This document shows positions 24,035-39,000 of a stretch of DNA of 64,000 nucleotides, piece after piece. The position numbers and the translations under genes were made by a program. Below the pieces are notes generated by a model. That model was not told the DNA's origin, did not search any database, and was given only the letters and a program-made list of their open reading frames with translations. This DNA is from Mytilus edulis (lineage: Eukaryota): contig NC_092349.1 in the NCBI RefSeq assembly GCF_963676685.1, positions 7,316,001 to 7,380,000 on the forward strand, given 5' to 3'. Position 1 is the stretch's first letter. The number at the start of each line of letters is the position of its first letter.

Positions 24035-27000
24035 GTAAGTTTTTTTTCTCCATCGGTATTTTCTGTGGACTTTACCTTAAAATTCTGAAGCTATTTTTTT
24101 AGCATTTAACTATTATGTTTCCCTCAGTTTTTGTTTGGTACCCCGATTTTGTTTTTTGTCCATGGATTTATGAGTTTTGAACAGCGGTATACTTCTGTTG
24201 CCTTTATTTACCTTAAAAATTTTAACAGTTGTGATTCGTATGTTGTTCGGATTGTATAAAACGATCAATAAAATTTGGATTTTTAAGAAGTAAAAAAAAA
24301 AGGATATAAGGATTGAGTCAATGACACGCATGATAGAAAAGTTTATCACATGCTTTCCATACACATGTTTAAAAAAAAAAAAAAAAACGTAGAACACTGG
24401 TTCTCCGTTAAAGCGCCCAACGTCAGCATGGTCAAAGTAAAAAATGATAAAATATAAATTGCATCAAAACCTGCTTATAAAGAACATAGAACATCTTCAT
24501 AGTGTATTCTACCCACCCTATAAATTTCAGCATGTAATATTTCACCGTTAATTTGTAATGATCGAGACAGTTTAGATGAAAGAAAATTAAAAAAAAGATA
24601 TATTTAACGTCCTTTTATTTCCTTTGACGTCGTGATTTTCAGTACTGAAATGCTTAACAATTTTTTTTTATTAATTCACGTAAACTTTTATTTCTTGTTT
24701 CTCGTTTTTCTTGTTAGTTTAAATTAAGCATAATATCCAGTCATGTCTGCATTATTATATAAGTCTTTTTTATCTCTTCAACCCAATTTAGGTGAGAAAT
24801 CTGACTTTCGGCTTTTTCCGTGTGAACAAGTATGCTAAACAATCCAGTCAGGATGTCAGATCTGTACAAAGCAGGATAAATATTGATATCGTATCATATC
24901 GTATTATCATGCTTTCAACCCTTATATGTATATAATTCGCCAATGAATCCTCCTTCTTTTCATCTTATTTACCAATCTGTGCTACCATGACTTATTACTG
25001 ATGTGGTCATACTTATACCGTAAACAAATATATAACTTTTAGACTGTTTCAATTTCAGAATGCACACGAATGGCGTATAACGTTTGAATCCCTTGCTTTA
25101 GTCTAGTACTATTTTGAAAATTTCTTTCGAAGCCGAAACTCAACTCTTGTATCTTTGATGGGTTCAATGTTTCGGAAATTTGAAAAAAACAATAAGGAGA
25201 GAGACGAGAAGTGTCTATTAGTTTTTTGTGCAGACCAAGGGGAGTATGTCCTTAAAATTGAACATTCTAATATAACAATTAGAAGATGTGGTATGATTTT
25301 AAATGAGACAACTCCAGTATACATTTAACAAATCAAGATAGTCGGTAGAGTAAATTCGTTACATAGTGTGTTAGTGACCTAATACGATATATACAGGATC
25401 AGTAAATTCCATATGAGTTTTTATTTTGGCTCAAACTCCATTATGGAATTTACTAACCCCTTATATATCGTATTACATGTAGGTCACTAACACACTATGT
25501 AACTGACAATATCTGACCAAAGTTTAAGCGAATCACTTATTTGATAATGTTTATAGTTTTTATAATACTACAATTTACAAATATAGTATATAAAATTTAT
25601 TGGTATATGTTTTCTGAACGCACAGTTGCAAATATTTCATGTAGATTTATGACCGGGAGATGAATATTTAAAAAAAAAATAAGATCTTACATGCGTTGTC
25701 GGTGATAAATAATTTAAAAAGGTTTAATATAAATACATAAAAAAAAACAAGAGACAACCATAAACGACCAAATAAACAGCTTCTTCTTATAGATCCGCTT
25801 ATGCTAGTAGAATTATGCATCCTATTCTGCTTGAATATCAGATAGTTATTTGAAATAATTCAAGATATATGAGATGGTTTACAAATTAAAAAATAAAGAC
25901 AACATCCCCTCCCCCAACCCCCACCCCTAAAAAAAATAAAGGAAAAAGGCAATCAAGTTAAGAATAGAAATAACATTATTTGGTTGAAAGGTAAAAAAAA
26001 TGAAAATTGAAAAAAGGTAAAATAAAAATAACAGAAATAAATGATTTGAAGAATAATGAAACCTTGCGTCTTCTGCATATAAAATTTATTATTGACAATA
26101 TTCTAGTAGATCATTCCCGATAAAATGTTTAACTTGCAAATTGGTAATAAACGCCACTGTTCAAATGCAATTACGATGTATATTTCATACATTCATAAGC
26201 ATCGGTGTTTTTTGCTAAACTCCCGATCTTGCACGAGTTAACGTATCATTTCGTCTCCTATTGCAGGCAAATTTAACCTTACATCCTCCTCCTGCATTGT
26301 GTCAACAATTATTTTTATAGTTTTACTCACTTTGAAAAAATAGTTTGTGACATATGTCAGAAGCAACAAAAAGATCTGCAATAGTTGGTGAAAAACAAGA
26401 TAGAAATTCCATGCGTCCGAAGCGTTTTTGTTTTATCTATCTTCATCATTTACGCCCAGCGACGAGTATTTGAAATATAAGGATGTCAAAGAAATGAATG
26501 AGTTGATGAGCTATATGACGAAAAGTACTGTGACAAAAATAGTCAAATCAGTCGATTGTAACATTGATTGGTTGAGGTGACACCTTAGGTATCTTTATAA
26601 TTCTAAAACCTATTACTGGACAATTGATTGGAATTGTAAGAATTTGCAAAATCAAAACATTGTTATAATTATTGCGTCCTCAGTTTCATACTGATGCGTG
26701 AGGACGGATGACATTGTCTTCGATTTTTTTGGGGGTATACTATTTCATTTAGTACCAAAAAATATTAAATAAATTTTAATATGCTCCCGAAACAATTGAT
26801 TGATAAGCAATGTTTCTTTCTATATTGTGTTGGACAGATAAGTAATTAAGGATAACCATCTATTTTTAATGATCAAATTTTTATTCTCTCCGATTTCAGG
26901 TATCTTTCATGTCGGTTAACTACATCGGTACTGTCTCTGAACGTTCAGCTCCACATTACTATTACCCCAGATCACAAGGAAAATATGATCAAATATATCT

Positions 27001-30000
27001 CATGTCATCTTTACATTTGTACATTATCTCAGCTTTCCAACTTATTTCGAAAAAAAAGAAATACTTGGTGTTTTTTTTTCTCCAAGTTTGATTTTAATTC
27101 TAATTGATATATGATATCATTTAAGCAGTACAGCGACAGAATAAAAAGGGGGTTATATGGAGTAGTGTCGTCATTCGTGTGTTATTAATACAGGCAAGAC
27201 AATATATCTTGTCAAAATTTTATCGTATACAGAAGTTTTCAAATGCAGGAACTGAACATAAGAATTTTACAGAAAAGTGCATATATTTCTCACTGACTAG
27301 AGAAAAATGGGCAAAAGAATTACAGAGTTCAGAAATGTAGACCCCCTCACCTAAAACAGACCGTAATATATATACAGTACATGTATCATTGTAACGGGTA
27401 TTTTTGTTTAATCTATTTTCGAAGAGAATGTTGTACAATGTTTTGTTAATAATATATATAATGCCCTTTAGGCCGACGTCGTAATTTCATTTTATTAATG
27501 AAAGAAAGTACACTACAGCTCAGGTGGATTTTGCTTTGTCCACCCAATCACAGTGGTAGTGGACACCGGGTGGACAAAATTTCTAGCTTGCCCACTCTGC
27601 CCAACCATAGGATTGGGCATGCAATTTCTTATGTTTAATTAAAAGACTGGCAAGTACAGTCAATTGAAAAAAACAGATAATATAAAAAAGAAGATGTGGT
27701 ATTATTGTCAATGAGACAACTGTCCACAAGACCCCAAAATGACACAGGCATTAACAACAATAGGTCACCGTACGGCCTTCAACAATGAGCACAGCCCATA
27801 CCGCATAGTCAGCTATAAAAGGCCCCGATAAAATATTTGTAATCACTATTTTTACAAAAAATGAGATTATAGCTAGGTTAGGCTGCCCACGGTGGGCCGG
27901 TGTAAAAAGCAAAATCCGACCGGGCTGTTGTGTAATTTAAAGCTTCCCTCCTTGTGCAATACGAAAGCACTCATAAGAAAGAGCAATTTGTATGGCTACT
28001 TGCAGTTGCATAATTGTTAAATCTTGTTGAATTCAATATCAAATTTATATTATTCACAGAAGTTTCATATCTTGAATATTGATAACGGGTTTAAATTATT
28101 TACTTGCTATAAAAAGGTCCGTTTTTGTTTTCTTCTAGATTTGAGAAATAAGCAACTCTGTTACACTCAAACAATTGATTAATAAAAATTGGTACATGGT
28201 GTCTTCGTATGTATTCTGATAACACTATATTATTGATATTTAAGTGATATATCCACCATCTGTTATAAATATCTAATATGTTTATTTGGCATGCCATACG
28301 TGATAAAAAGTGCGGACGTGACAGAAAGCACCCTTTACCAAAACGTCAACGGAGATTACATTCCAGAAAGGTTACATTTCGACAATTTCGTCATTTATGA
28401 ACCATAATATGAGTATTTGAAGATAAAAGTTGTTCTAAAATTAAATGTTGACACCGTTATCGATCTGTTGGATGTGGAGTTTATTTACAAAATTGGTGTT
28501 TGTTAAGAATTGACCATTCCACGGAGATTACATGCTTAACAAATCAGTGCAGTTTTCACCTTGCTTAGTTTTTCAGACTGATGCAATTTGGAATAAATGA
28601 CCATTGTTATAAATAGAATTATTTATGGTAACCTTATTATCAAATTTTACTTATATCACACTCTGTGTTGTACTAAATATTTTGTCCTGCTTGGTCTTTT
28701 ATCCATCTACGGAAATTTCAGGTTCACGAAGAAAACATTATGGACGGCCGGTACGATCACTATCGTTGTGAAAACTATACTAAACTTTATATAAATTAAA
28801 AATATAGATAACAAAGAAATCTAAAATTCTCAGGTATAAGTATAACAAGTTAAGGGTATATTACTCGAAGTCGTTAGGTTTGCTTTCTAATGGTGAGACA
28901 AAATAACGTCATAAAATGGGCGCTTTAACGGAGAACCAGTGAGAAACGATTTTTCGAATTGGGTAAGGCATTCTATTTATTTTTCATTTATACTAAAATC
29001 ACAATTACATCGTTAATCCTTAAGTAGATATAAGACGATATAAGCCACAAATATCTATAGAGACGCAACGTAGGAGGTTTAATGAGAAACATAACTTGGT
29101 CCATGGCAGTTCGGAAAAAACTTTCACGACTTTCAAATTAGTGTTAATCTTATTGATAAAAAATATATTAATTTAACGTGTTAAATACAGGTCATTTATG
29201 ACTTCAACACATATTAAGATTGAACTAGTTGATAAACATTGACAATTTAAAGCATCATTATCGTACAAAAAAATTACGAGTAAAACTTTATTTCTAAAGA
29301 TATTTTACACACATTGGCATAGAATGTTTCTTCTAATTTTACCTTTTTTTTATCATCGGTGAATAATTCAGAAAAAACAGAAAAATATGAATATGGTATG
29401 TATTCAATTGTCATATTTGAACACTTTGCATTCATAAATTCATTTGTATTACCACAAGGCTTGTTGTATTTATATAGAATACACTGCAAAAACATCAACA
29501 TCACCACGTTTTCATGTTTTTCTTTTTCTTTTATATCTTATATTTCATTTGATTTTTTATTTGTGAGCATTTATAGGTATTTTTGATTTTGATTGCATTC
29601 ATGCATATATAAAGCTTAATTTGTAGTTTTGTTGTAAATAAAGAAGAAAATACAAAGTCATTTGTATGCTTCACTGACTATGATGTCATACAGTAAGGCT
29701 GGGGCCACTATATTGCAATGCAATGTAATGCATAATATTACAATTATTTTGTGATTCTTCAATTACAATAATTACAATTACAATTACAATGTCTGTGTAA
29801 AGCATTACATTACACATAACCTTTCAATATAAAAAATAAAAGCATTTCAAAAACAGATATTTTTAAGAAATTGATAGAGGTATTGGTACACATATGTGAT
29901 TATAACAGTAATCAATTAATCATTGAGACATCATAAAGTGAAATAATAAATGTGTCATTAAAGGATTATTTTGTTAAATGCCAAAGGGCTCTTTGAGGAA

Positions 30001-33000
30001 AAACATAAGTTGAAAAGATTTGATTGCAATAAAAAGATTTGATATTAATTAGGTGAAATAATAAAACAGGACCCAAACCACAGTTTGGTGTAAAAATGTT
30101 GGTTGACCTATTCAATTTTCCATTGAAATACCTATAATATAAAAAGGAAGATGTGGTATGATTGCCAATGAGACAACTATCCACAACAGACCAAAATGAC
30201 ACAAATATTAACAACTATAGGTCACTGTACGGCCTTCAACAATGAGCAAAGCCCATACCACATAGTCAGCTATAAAAGACCCCGATAAGACAATGGTGTG
30301 TATAGAATTATGAAAATTTTACTTCATATGCTTTCCATTCGTCTATATAGTTTTGTTTAGTAATTGTTTAAGAAGAGTTTCCATAGACCATCACACACCA
30401 AAATATTCCGAATATCATTTTAAACAAATATCAGAAACCAAGATCAAGACTTGATGAATTACATCATTCCCATGCCCCCTCTTTGTAAATTAAAGAAGTT
30501 TTATGTTTCTAAACTTAATGCGTGTTTTAAAAATTTCTTGTGGAGAGTTTTCTCATTGGAAATCACACCACATTTTTTTTTATAATTAAAGTTTGATGCA
30601 ATTTTCAAACTTCCGGTTATCAAGGCTGAACAATGTTTGCCGTAATTAATTTCATTAGTGTCAGGTGGTAAGTCAAATTGGTCTTTTTATTCTGTATATT
30701 TGCTGGATAAAACTTAAGTTGACAAGGAGGATTTATGTATGGATCCTTAAAGAAAAGTGTCAAAGGGACACAAGCTGTCAAATTCATGTTCTCCGAGTTG
30801 ACTCACATTCTCACGTTTGATTTATAACAATGTAAAATATTTATCCAAACTATTAACAGTCTGTAATCAACAATGATCAGGACATGGGTATGATGGCACG
30901 TAGCTTCGTGTCGTGTGTATATTAGTCCAGACGCCATATAATTAACTATCGAGTTGAACGCCAAAGTCATCTCATGACCATAAAAACGATGTAAACATAA
31001 ATATATAAATAGATTCAGGGAACTCGTGTTTTGGGATTTTATTTTATGTCCGTTTAATTTCATGGAATAGTTATCAAAGGTACCAGGATTATAATTTAGT
31101 ACGCCAGACGCGCGTTTCGTCTACATAAGACTCAATATCAAAATATTTATAAAGCCAAACAAGTAAAAAGTTGAAGAGCATTGAGGATCAAAAATTCCAA
31201 AAAGTTGTGCCAAATACGGCTAAGGTATTCTATGCCTGGGATAAGAAAATCCTTAGTGTTTGGAAAAATTCAAAGTTTTGTAAACAGGAAATTTAGAAAA
31301 ATGACCACGTTATTGATATTCATGTCAACACTGGAGTGTTGACTACTGGGCTGGTGATACCCTCGGGGACGAAACGTCCACCAGCAGTGGCATCGACCCA
31401 GTGGTGTAAAAGTTATCAAAGGTACCAGGATTATAATTTAGTACGCCAGACGCGAGTTTCGTCTACATAAGACTCATCAGTGACGCTCATATCAAAATAT
31501 TTATAAAGCCAAACAAGTAAAAAGTTGAAGAGCATTGAGGATCCAAAATTCCAAAAAGTTGTGCCAAATACGGCTAAGGTATTCTATGCCTGGGATATAC
31601 AGGTAAATAAACCAAAAACATAGAATACTTATTTATGTTTTTGGTCTTTTTACCTGTATAAGAAAGATTTTTTTGTGGATCGAATAAGTCAGTGAATTGA
31701 TTTACGTTTATTTCTCGTTGACATTCGTTTCCTTTAAATGACTTTACTCAACAATTGACCTGTTATTCATCTATAACTAAGGGTTTGATTGAAGTTCACA
31801 TGAATACGGATTCAATGAGATCGAATTATTCACTTGTAAGTGAATAATTCATCATGAATGTTTCTAATAAAATTGAGAATGGAAATGGGGAATGTGTCAA
31901 AGAGACAACAACCCGACCAAATAAAAAACAACAGCAGAGGGTCACCAACAGGTCTTCAATGTAGCGAGAAATTCCCGCACCCGGAGGCGTCCCTCAGCTG
32001 GCCCCCAAACAAATATACACTAGTCCAGTGATAATGAACGCCATACTAATTTCCAAATTGTACACAAGAAACTAAAATTAAAATAATACAAGACTAACAA
32101 AGGCCAGAGGCTCCCGACTTGGGACAGGCGCAAAAATGCGGCGGGGCCAAACATGTCTGTGAGATCCCAACCCTCCCCCCATACCTCTAACAAATGTAGA
32201 AAAGTAAACGCATAACAATACGCACATTTAAATTCAGTTCATGAGAAGTCCGAGTCTGATGTCAGAAGATGTAACCAAAATAAAATAGAAAATAAACAAA
32301 ATGACAGTAATACATAAATAACAACAGACTACTAGCAGTTAACTGACATGCAAGCTCCAGACTTCAATTAAACTAACTGAAAGATTATGATTTCATCATA
32401 TGAAATCAGGCACAATCCTTCCCGTTAGGGGTTTAGTATCATACCATCATAACATATATGAGAAGAACATAACCCGTGTCATGCCAACAACTGTTTTTAG
32501 AATCAATGTGTTTAGTTCCGATGCAAAGACCTTATCAGTGACTCAATATTAACGCCAAAATATGCAATCTTTAATGACTTGACAACAGTATCGTAATTAT
32601 ATCCCTTCTTAATAAGTCTATTCAAAGGTTTTGTAAGTTTCTGAGGTGAATACTGACACCTTTGTGCTTTATAAAGAACATTTCAATAAAAAATTGGATG
32701 TGAAATACCTGAACGTATTAGAAGTCTGCATGTTGAGCTATATTTACGAATGATGTCTTTATATCGATGATAAAATTTAGTAAATGTTGATATCGAAAAC
32801 CCTGGTGTAATAATTTTTTCAGTAATACATAAATTTCTCTCGTTAAAATCTAAAACATTGTTACATACACGAGCGAATCGTACAAGTTGAGATATATAAA
32901 CACCGTAAGATGGTGACAAGGGAACGTCACCATCTAAAAATGGATAATTAACGATAGGAAATGAAAAATCATCCCTTTTATCATAAATTTTTGTATTCAG

Positions 33001-36000
33001 CTTTCCATTAGTGATATAGATATCAAAATCGAGAAAAGGGCAGTGGTCATTCTAATCTTATTTTGAAAAGTTTAATCATACTGGCAGCTAAATATGCTAA
33101 AAGCGAATAACTATTTCACTCTTTTACTTTTATTAATGATTTAAGAAAAAAAATCATATGTTAGATTTTTTATATATCTCGTAGTTTATGCCACTTTAAG
33201 GGCTTACTATCGATAAGATTATAATGAGTTATAAAACTGGTACCTTTAATAAATATTATGTATTTTTCCAATTTGTAAAGAATAGTAATGTACAGTTATA
33301 GAGGTATTACATTGATTTTAAACTAAAGTAATCATTACATTACATGTAATTGTATACAGAAAAAAGTAAAATCACAAAAAAACTGAACTCCAAGGAAATT
33401 TCAAAACGGAGAGTCCCTAATCAAATCAAAAGATAAAACACATGAAACAAATGGACAACGACTGTCATATTTCTGATTTGGTACAGGCATTTTCTTATGG
33501 TAAATCGAACCTCTCACTTATATGACAGTCGTATCAAATTTCATTATATCGACATCGATGCCTGAAAAATAAACATAATAGGTAAAATTGTCAAAATATG
33601 ATTATAGCAGTCATCCTCGTGTCACAATCTAAATTAGAACAAAAACAAACAAATTTGATAAAGAAGCACAAAAAGCATATACCAAGTTTTACAACTACAT
33701 TCATTGCTAATTTATTATTGTATTTCATCTATGTATGTTATATCAACCCATAAGGAATTGCAGTATTTTAAATTTTTTGACAGAAATGCGTATTACAAAT
33801 TTCTTTGCAATACATGAGAAAATGTAATATTACACTGCATTACAATTAAAAATTACCATTTACCCAGACCAGCACGAAGTAATAGAATGCTACTTTAACA
33901 AAAAGGAAATATATCACATTGCAGTTAAATCACTTACAAGGCTTACTATATACAGATTATTGGAATGAAATAAGCAAGGATCGTCTATAAAATTATTAAA
34001 CATGGTTCGGCCTAACTTATTAAATGGTGTTTATGACTTGTCTTTATCCTCATCTCATAGAAATTGTAAATAGACTGGCTTATCGCGTAAAAAAGTTACT
34101 GGAAACATGGAAGTATTATATTGACAGGAACTACAACGATTAATTAGCATTTATTTATAACCCGGGTAGCCCTGTAGAAAATATACGGAAACTGTCTAAT
34201 TAGTACGCTGTCGTTAATTTCTTTTGTGACTATCTGCGATGCCGCAGTCATAAATTGACCAGAGATACTTCTTATCAATCACGTGGTTTTAATCGAGACA
34301 GCTTTACAATATTACCTGTCGGAAAACACCTTTACTTATTTCAATCGAGTCGGTAGACCTTTATTCGTGAACAACTTATTTAAACAAATCGACTGATGCA
34401 TAAAAAATGAAAATCGGCCCAGAATTATTTATTCTACAACGATCTGAAATAGTGAGTAACATTATTTTATTAGTTTGTGGGTGAAGTTTAAATCGCGATT
34501 AAGGTGTGTTCCGGTTACCGCCGGTTAACAATAAATATATTTGATAAATATTAAAACTGTGAAGTTTAGAGTAATACATATGGTTAAGTTACTAGATAAT
34601 CCTGGAAAGTAGAAATTTCCAGTTAACAATACGAAAATTAATCGAGCAAGTACCAATCAATAAAGTACAGCAGAAGAAAACCGAGATCTAACTACGTTAT
34701 ATAGATATTTATATAATACATTTCTGTCCCCTAAAATATGTTATCACTATCCGACCAAATGAAACCGTCCAAATGATACTGGTAAATATTATTGAACAGT
34801 CGCACAAGAATTTGTACAATGTCACTATACAAATACTTGAGTCGCAGTACTAAAAAAAAATTCAACACATCGGGGTTCAGCTGAACATTCGTATATACCA
34901 ACCAATGATCTTACCCTACATTTATTTAAAATCTCTTTGATCTTTTGATTTTATCAGAACGATCATTTACAATCGTCTTAAATATGCAGGAAATGTGTGC
35001 CACTCAATGGAGTAAACAGTAGTTATTATATAATCACAACTTGCGATATATATTACATATAGTGCAATTTCTACCGAAAAAATAAATAAATAAAAACGGG
35101 GCATTTATTCAATAAATTTGGTACAAATTTCCATCGTCAACGTGTTTTTCTATAGAATTAATGATGACTCGCATTAATCCATCAATCACTCAATCGGCAT
35201 AGTTAGGTAACGGAATCTGCCGAAGTTTGCCGATTGCTGTTTCCTAAGAATTTATCACAACTTTTTTTCGATTTCTTCGTTTATTTCCGTAATCCCGAAA
35301 TCAACCGAGAATGACAATATTGTAGGGCACCACATGCTGCTATGTAAATAACGTGCCATGTTTCAACATAATTAACATGTCATTAAATTGGGCGCGGCAT
35401 CGCAGATGAAACGTTTGAAGTCGGGTCGTAGTAGTTCCTGTCAATATAATACTTCCATGCTGGAAATAACACAAAGTATTAATTTAAATATTCAATTTTT
35501 ACTAAGCGAATAAGGGTTCAATTGCTTATTTTGTTGATGCCGAAATATTTCCATTTGTTCTGAAAATTTGAAATATGTTTTTGACGACGTTTGCTGCTAT
35601 TATAGTAGAAGTGGGACATTTAAAGACGTATCGTATCCGTATCTGATACGTTGACGTATCTAAACATATATATGGGTTATTATTCAAGTGATTATTTACG
35701 TGCTTAAATAGTAATCGAGAAAAGTGGAAAGGAGATGGTGAAAAAGAAAGGGCAATGCAAATGGTTGATCTCTTTTATTTTTAATATATAAATTGTTCGT
35801 TTAATAAGGTTGAAATAATGTTTAATTTATGTATTTTTTGTGTTTACATACTTGTTTATTGGGTCAAAATCTGGATTTTTGGTTTATGACCCCTTCTGTA
35901 GCCATTTTTGTACGACCTTTTAAAACTTCAATTGTATCGAAACTACAGATATAATGAATAATATAGATAGGCCATTTTGTGTATATACAAGGGGAAAACT

Positions 36001-39000
36001 TGATGCAAAACATTATTATTTACTGTTTCATTGCATTTAATAGATATCAATGATAGAAAGATATCTTAAATAGAAAAACACATATTTAAACATGAAAATA
36101 CTCTTTTAAACAATAACACATAGATATTTTCTCAGATACGTCAACGTATCAGAAACGGATACGATACGTCTTTCAATGTCCCACTTCTATTTGTATAAAA
36201 CCACAGACTTCCTGTTAATATGCCCTTTCCTAAAAGGGCATCGATTGTGTACTCAACAGTAAACTTGGGATGTTGACGATGGTGTATTGAAATGAAAACT
36301 TTTAATAGATTAAAATGTAATCACGTTTTAAATCAAGTGTCTTTTGATATACTTGCTAAACTACAAATAAAACTGTAGCGCGCAGCTGTTTTCTGTCGTA
36401 AAACGTTGTTTTGTTAAAGTACCTTTAGTTAGTAAAATTCAAATAAAATCTACACATCGTAAGTAAATTAGATGCAAAGTATTTTTAAAGAAAACTTTGT
36501 TGTCTTTAAGCGTGCTAACCTGACAAAAATAGTTGCATGATAACTGCAGCTCCAATGACTCTTGGATTTTTACAGTGTTGTTTTCATCTTATTTACCCTT
36601 GTACTTATACTTTACTTTATATGTGCATTATTGCTATTTGAATATTAGCAATGTTAGATAAATGACTATTGTTGACAATTGAGAGTCGATAATCTAATTG
36701 AGACATTTAAATAAAGGACCGTCTAAAAAAAGTTGAACCAAATATTGATTTACTAGGTGCAACAATATAAGTTTTTACATTGCTAGATAGGCGCGGATCC
36801 AACCATGTAGTACATTTTGGACGGTGTGTTTAAACACTCAGAACACCATGAAACATTCATATAATTTAAAACAATCGGAAGACATGGGCGAATTCCAACT
36901 CCACATCGGCTAATGCTACCTTACTCGACGATAAAGTTTTGCAGTTCAGAGAGCCACGTCACACTATATATCATGTTATATATTTTTGTTTATCATGAAA
37001 TACTGATATATTAACCAAAATTTCAATGACTCATAAACTAAGGTATTCTGTTTATTTTAATGAGAATCAGAATGGATGAGATTCTAAGTTAATACAGAAA
37101 ACCTTTAAAAATTTGGAACTTGTCTCCTCATGAATTGGTAATATGCAACTAGTCTCCCAGAAATCGCCTTTTGATGGTCAGTTTGGGGCTGAGAACTTGA
37201 TTTTATTCGTGGCATTCGATTTTGTCTTTGTCTTTGTGGTTTTATTTTTGTTTATTCACTATGTACTATACAATTGACGGTATAGAATCGTTTTTGTAGG
37301 AGATATTTTCTACATTGAATTTTAGCCAGTATGAAAAACAAACGAGATATTTCAAGGATCAAATAGAGTGAATGCAATCAATTCGATGCAATTATACGGC
37401 CTTAAGCAATGAGAAAAAAAACATACCGTAAAGTCGTCTCCTTGATAAATATGAAACAATCCAATTGAGAAAACTAAAAGTATAATCTAAAATAAAACAA
37501 TATACCTTAAACAAATATGTCAGACATGAACCAACGACAACCACTTAAATACATGACTCTAAAGTGGTACATTTACACCTAACCGGGACAGTGATATAAC
37601 AACACAAAATAAGAACGCAATGTAAAAACGGTTGTTAATAGCTGAAGTCATCGGATTTATTCAAACAAGGTTTTGATTGACAACGAAATCCCATGCGACT
37701 TGTACGCGTCGATTTCCTAATCCACCAAAATGATGCACAATAATTCAACTCGATTCAAGAAAAATGGACACGGACTTGAATGTGAAGATTTTAACCTTTT
37801 TATATATAGCGGATAGAATGTATGCTTACCGTTAGGATACTGAGTTTGACTTTTCATTATACATTACATGTATATTAATGATACAAAAAAAATAAATCAA
37901 GACGACTCCGTAGAAATGTTTATCGTCTCTCGACTTCGTTTGTTGTTTGTATACAATAAACAGTTTCTAACACGTCAAATAATATGTTGTATACCATGCT
38001 TTGTGTACTTTTGTGGCTGCTTTACCATGTCGACTTACATCCATGTAAGGGACGACATCAAAAGATCAATGTAGGAATGCAAAACTTAATTCAAATAGGT
38101 TGGGGTAGATAAAAATTCCTGCACGTTTTGTTTATTTGACATAGATTTAAAACATATCGATAATGTCCAATCATAGAAAAAACGGGGGTATTCAGTGAAC
38201 AAACTACGTGAATTTTATATTTTTATGCGACATTGAACTTGTGATGTTGTCCTTAGCTGAACGGTCGTTGATATATACAACATGTGATTTTGTAAGGTTT
38301 ATTTACCTTACCGTTTGTGAAGTTTTTAAGGATTTTATAATTCTTTTAAGCGTCTTCTATTTCTAAATTGACAGATCCTAAACATGAGACATACTTAAGA
38401 TATAGAGTATGAACTATATATTAAATCTATTAAATACCATGTAAGATTTTTAACAACTTTAAAGTATCTATAATGAAAACTGACTACCATAATTTTTTTT
38501 TACTAAAAAGTAATAAAGGAGGTTGGTCTGTATAATGTATCAACAAGCAAGTTACACTAAACATATTCTGTTTGAATATAAAAAAATAATTTTAAATACT
38601 TTCAGCCTTTCCGTCAATGCCTGGCAGTATTTCTTATGTCGTAATTGCATCAATTGAAGTAGAGAAAGAAGACAACAATTCCACAAATGTCTCGAAAAAT
38701 CGAAACAACGTATCTCTCAGTACCAATAGAAATAGCAAGTCATCAATTTATATCACGTTTACTGATACAGTAACTTTAACTCCCACTCCGTCCACTGAAA
38801 AATCTGTTCCAAGTTTCCGTGAAGGGGAAATAATTCAGTTTACTTGTATGGGTAACATTGGAAAGCCTCCAGGCAAATTTGTATGGCAGATAATTCCACA
38901 ACACGGAGAGCCCATAGTCTACTCCAATGAAACTACGGTAGTTTTTGATCAGATACCTAAACTATGTTCCTTTAGAGGCACCAGCAACTTGACAGTTGAA

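Larger units (their letters stand above)
24395..28941. mobile_element. Non-autonomous CMC/Chapaev-like DNA transposon (4547 bp)
   Basis: Perfect 25-bp TIR cactggttctccgttaaagcgccca (24395-24419 / 28917-28941); 4-bp TSD AGAA on both sides. CAC termini with a 4-bp TSD fit Chapaev. No recognisable transposase. Confidence 0.8.

Noticed and set aside
24395-24430. RSS-like CAC heptamer downstream of the V exon (V(D)J-like system)
   Set aside because: It is 360 bp into the intron, has no 12/23-spaced nonamer, and is fully explained as a transposon TIR with an AGAA TSD. No J segments or RAG-like gene were seen.
29697-33872. One large composite element bounded by attac/gtaat-rich ends
   Set aside because: The ends look like halves of one repeat split by nested insertions, but I could not define termini or a TSD.
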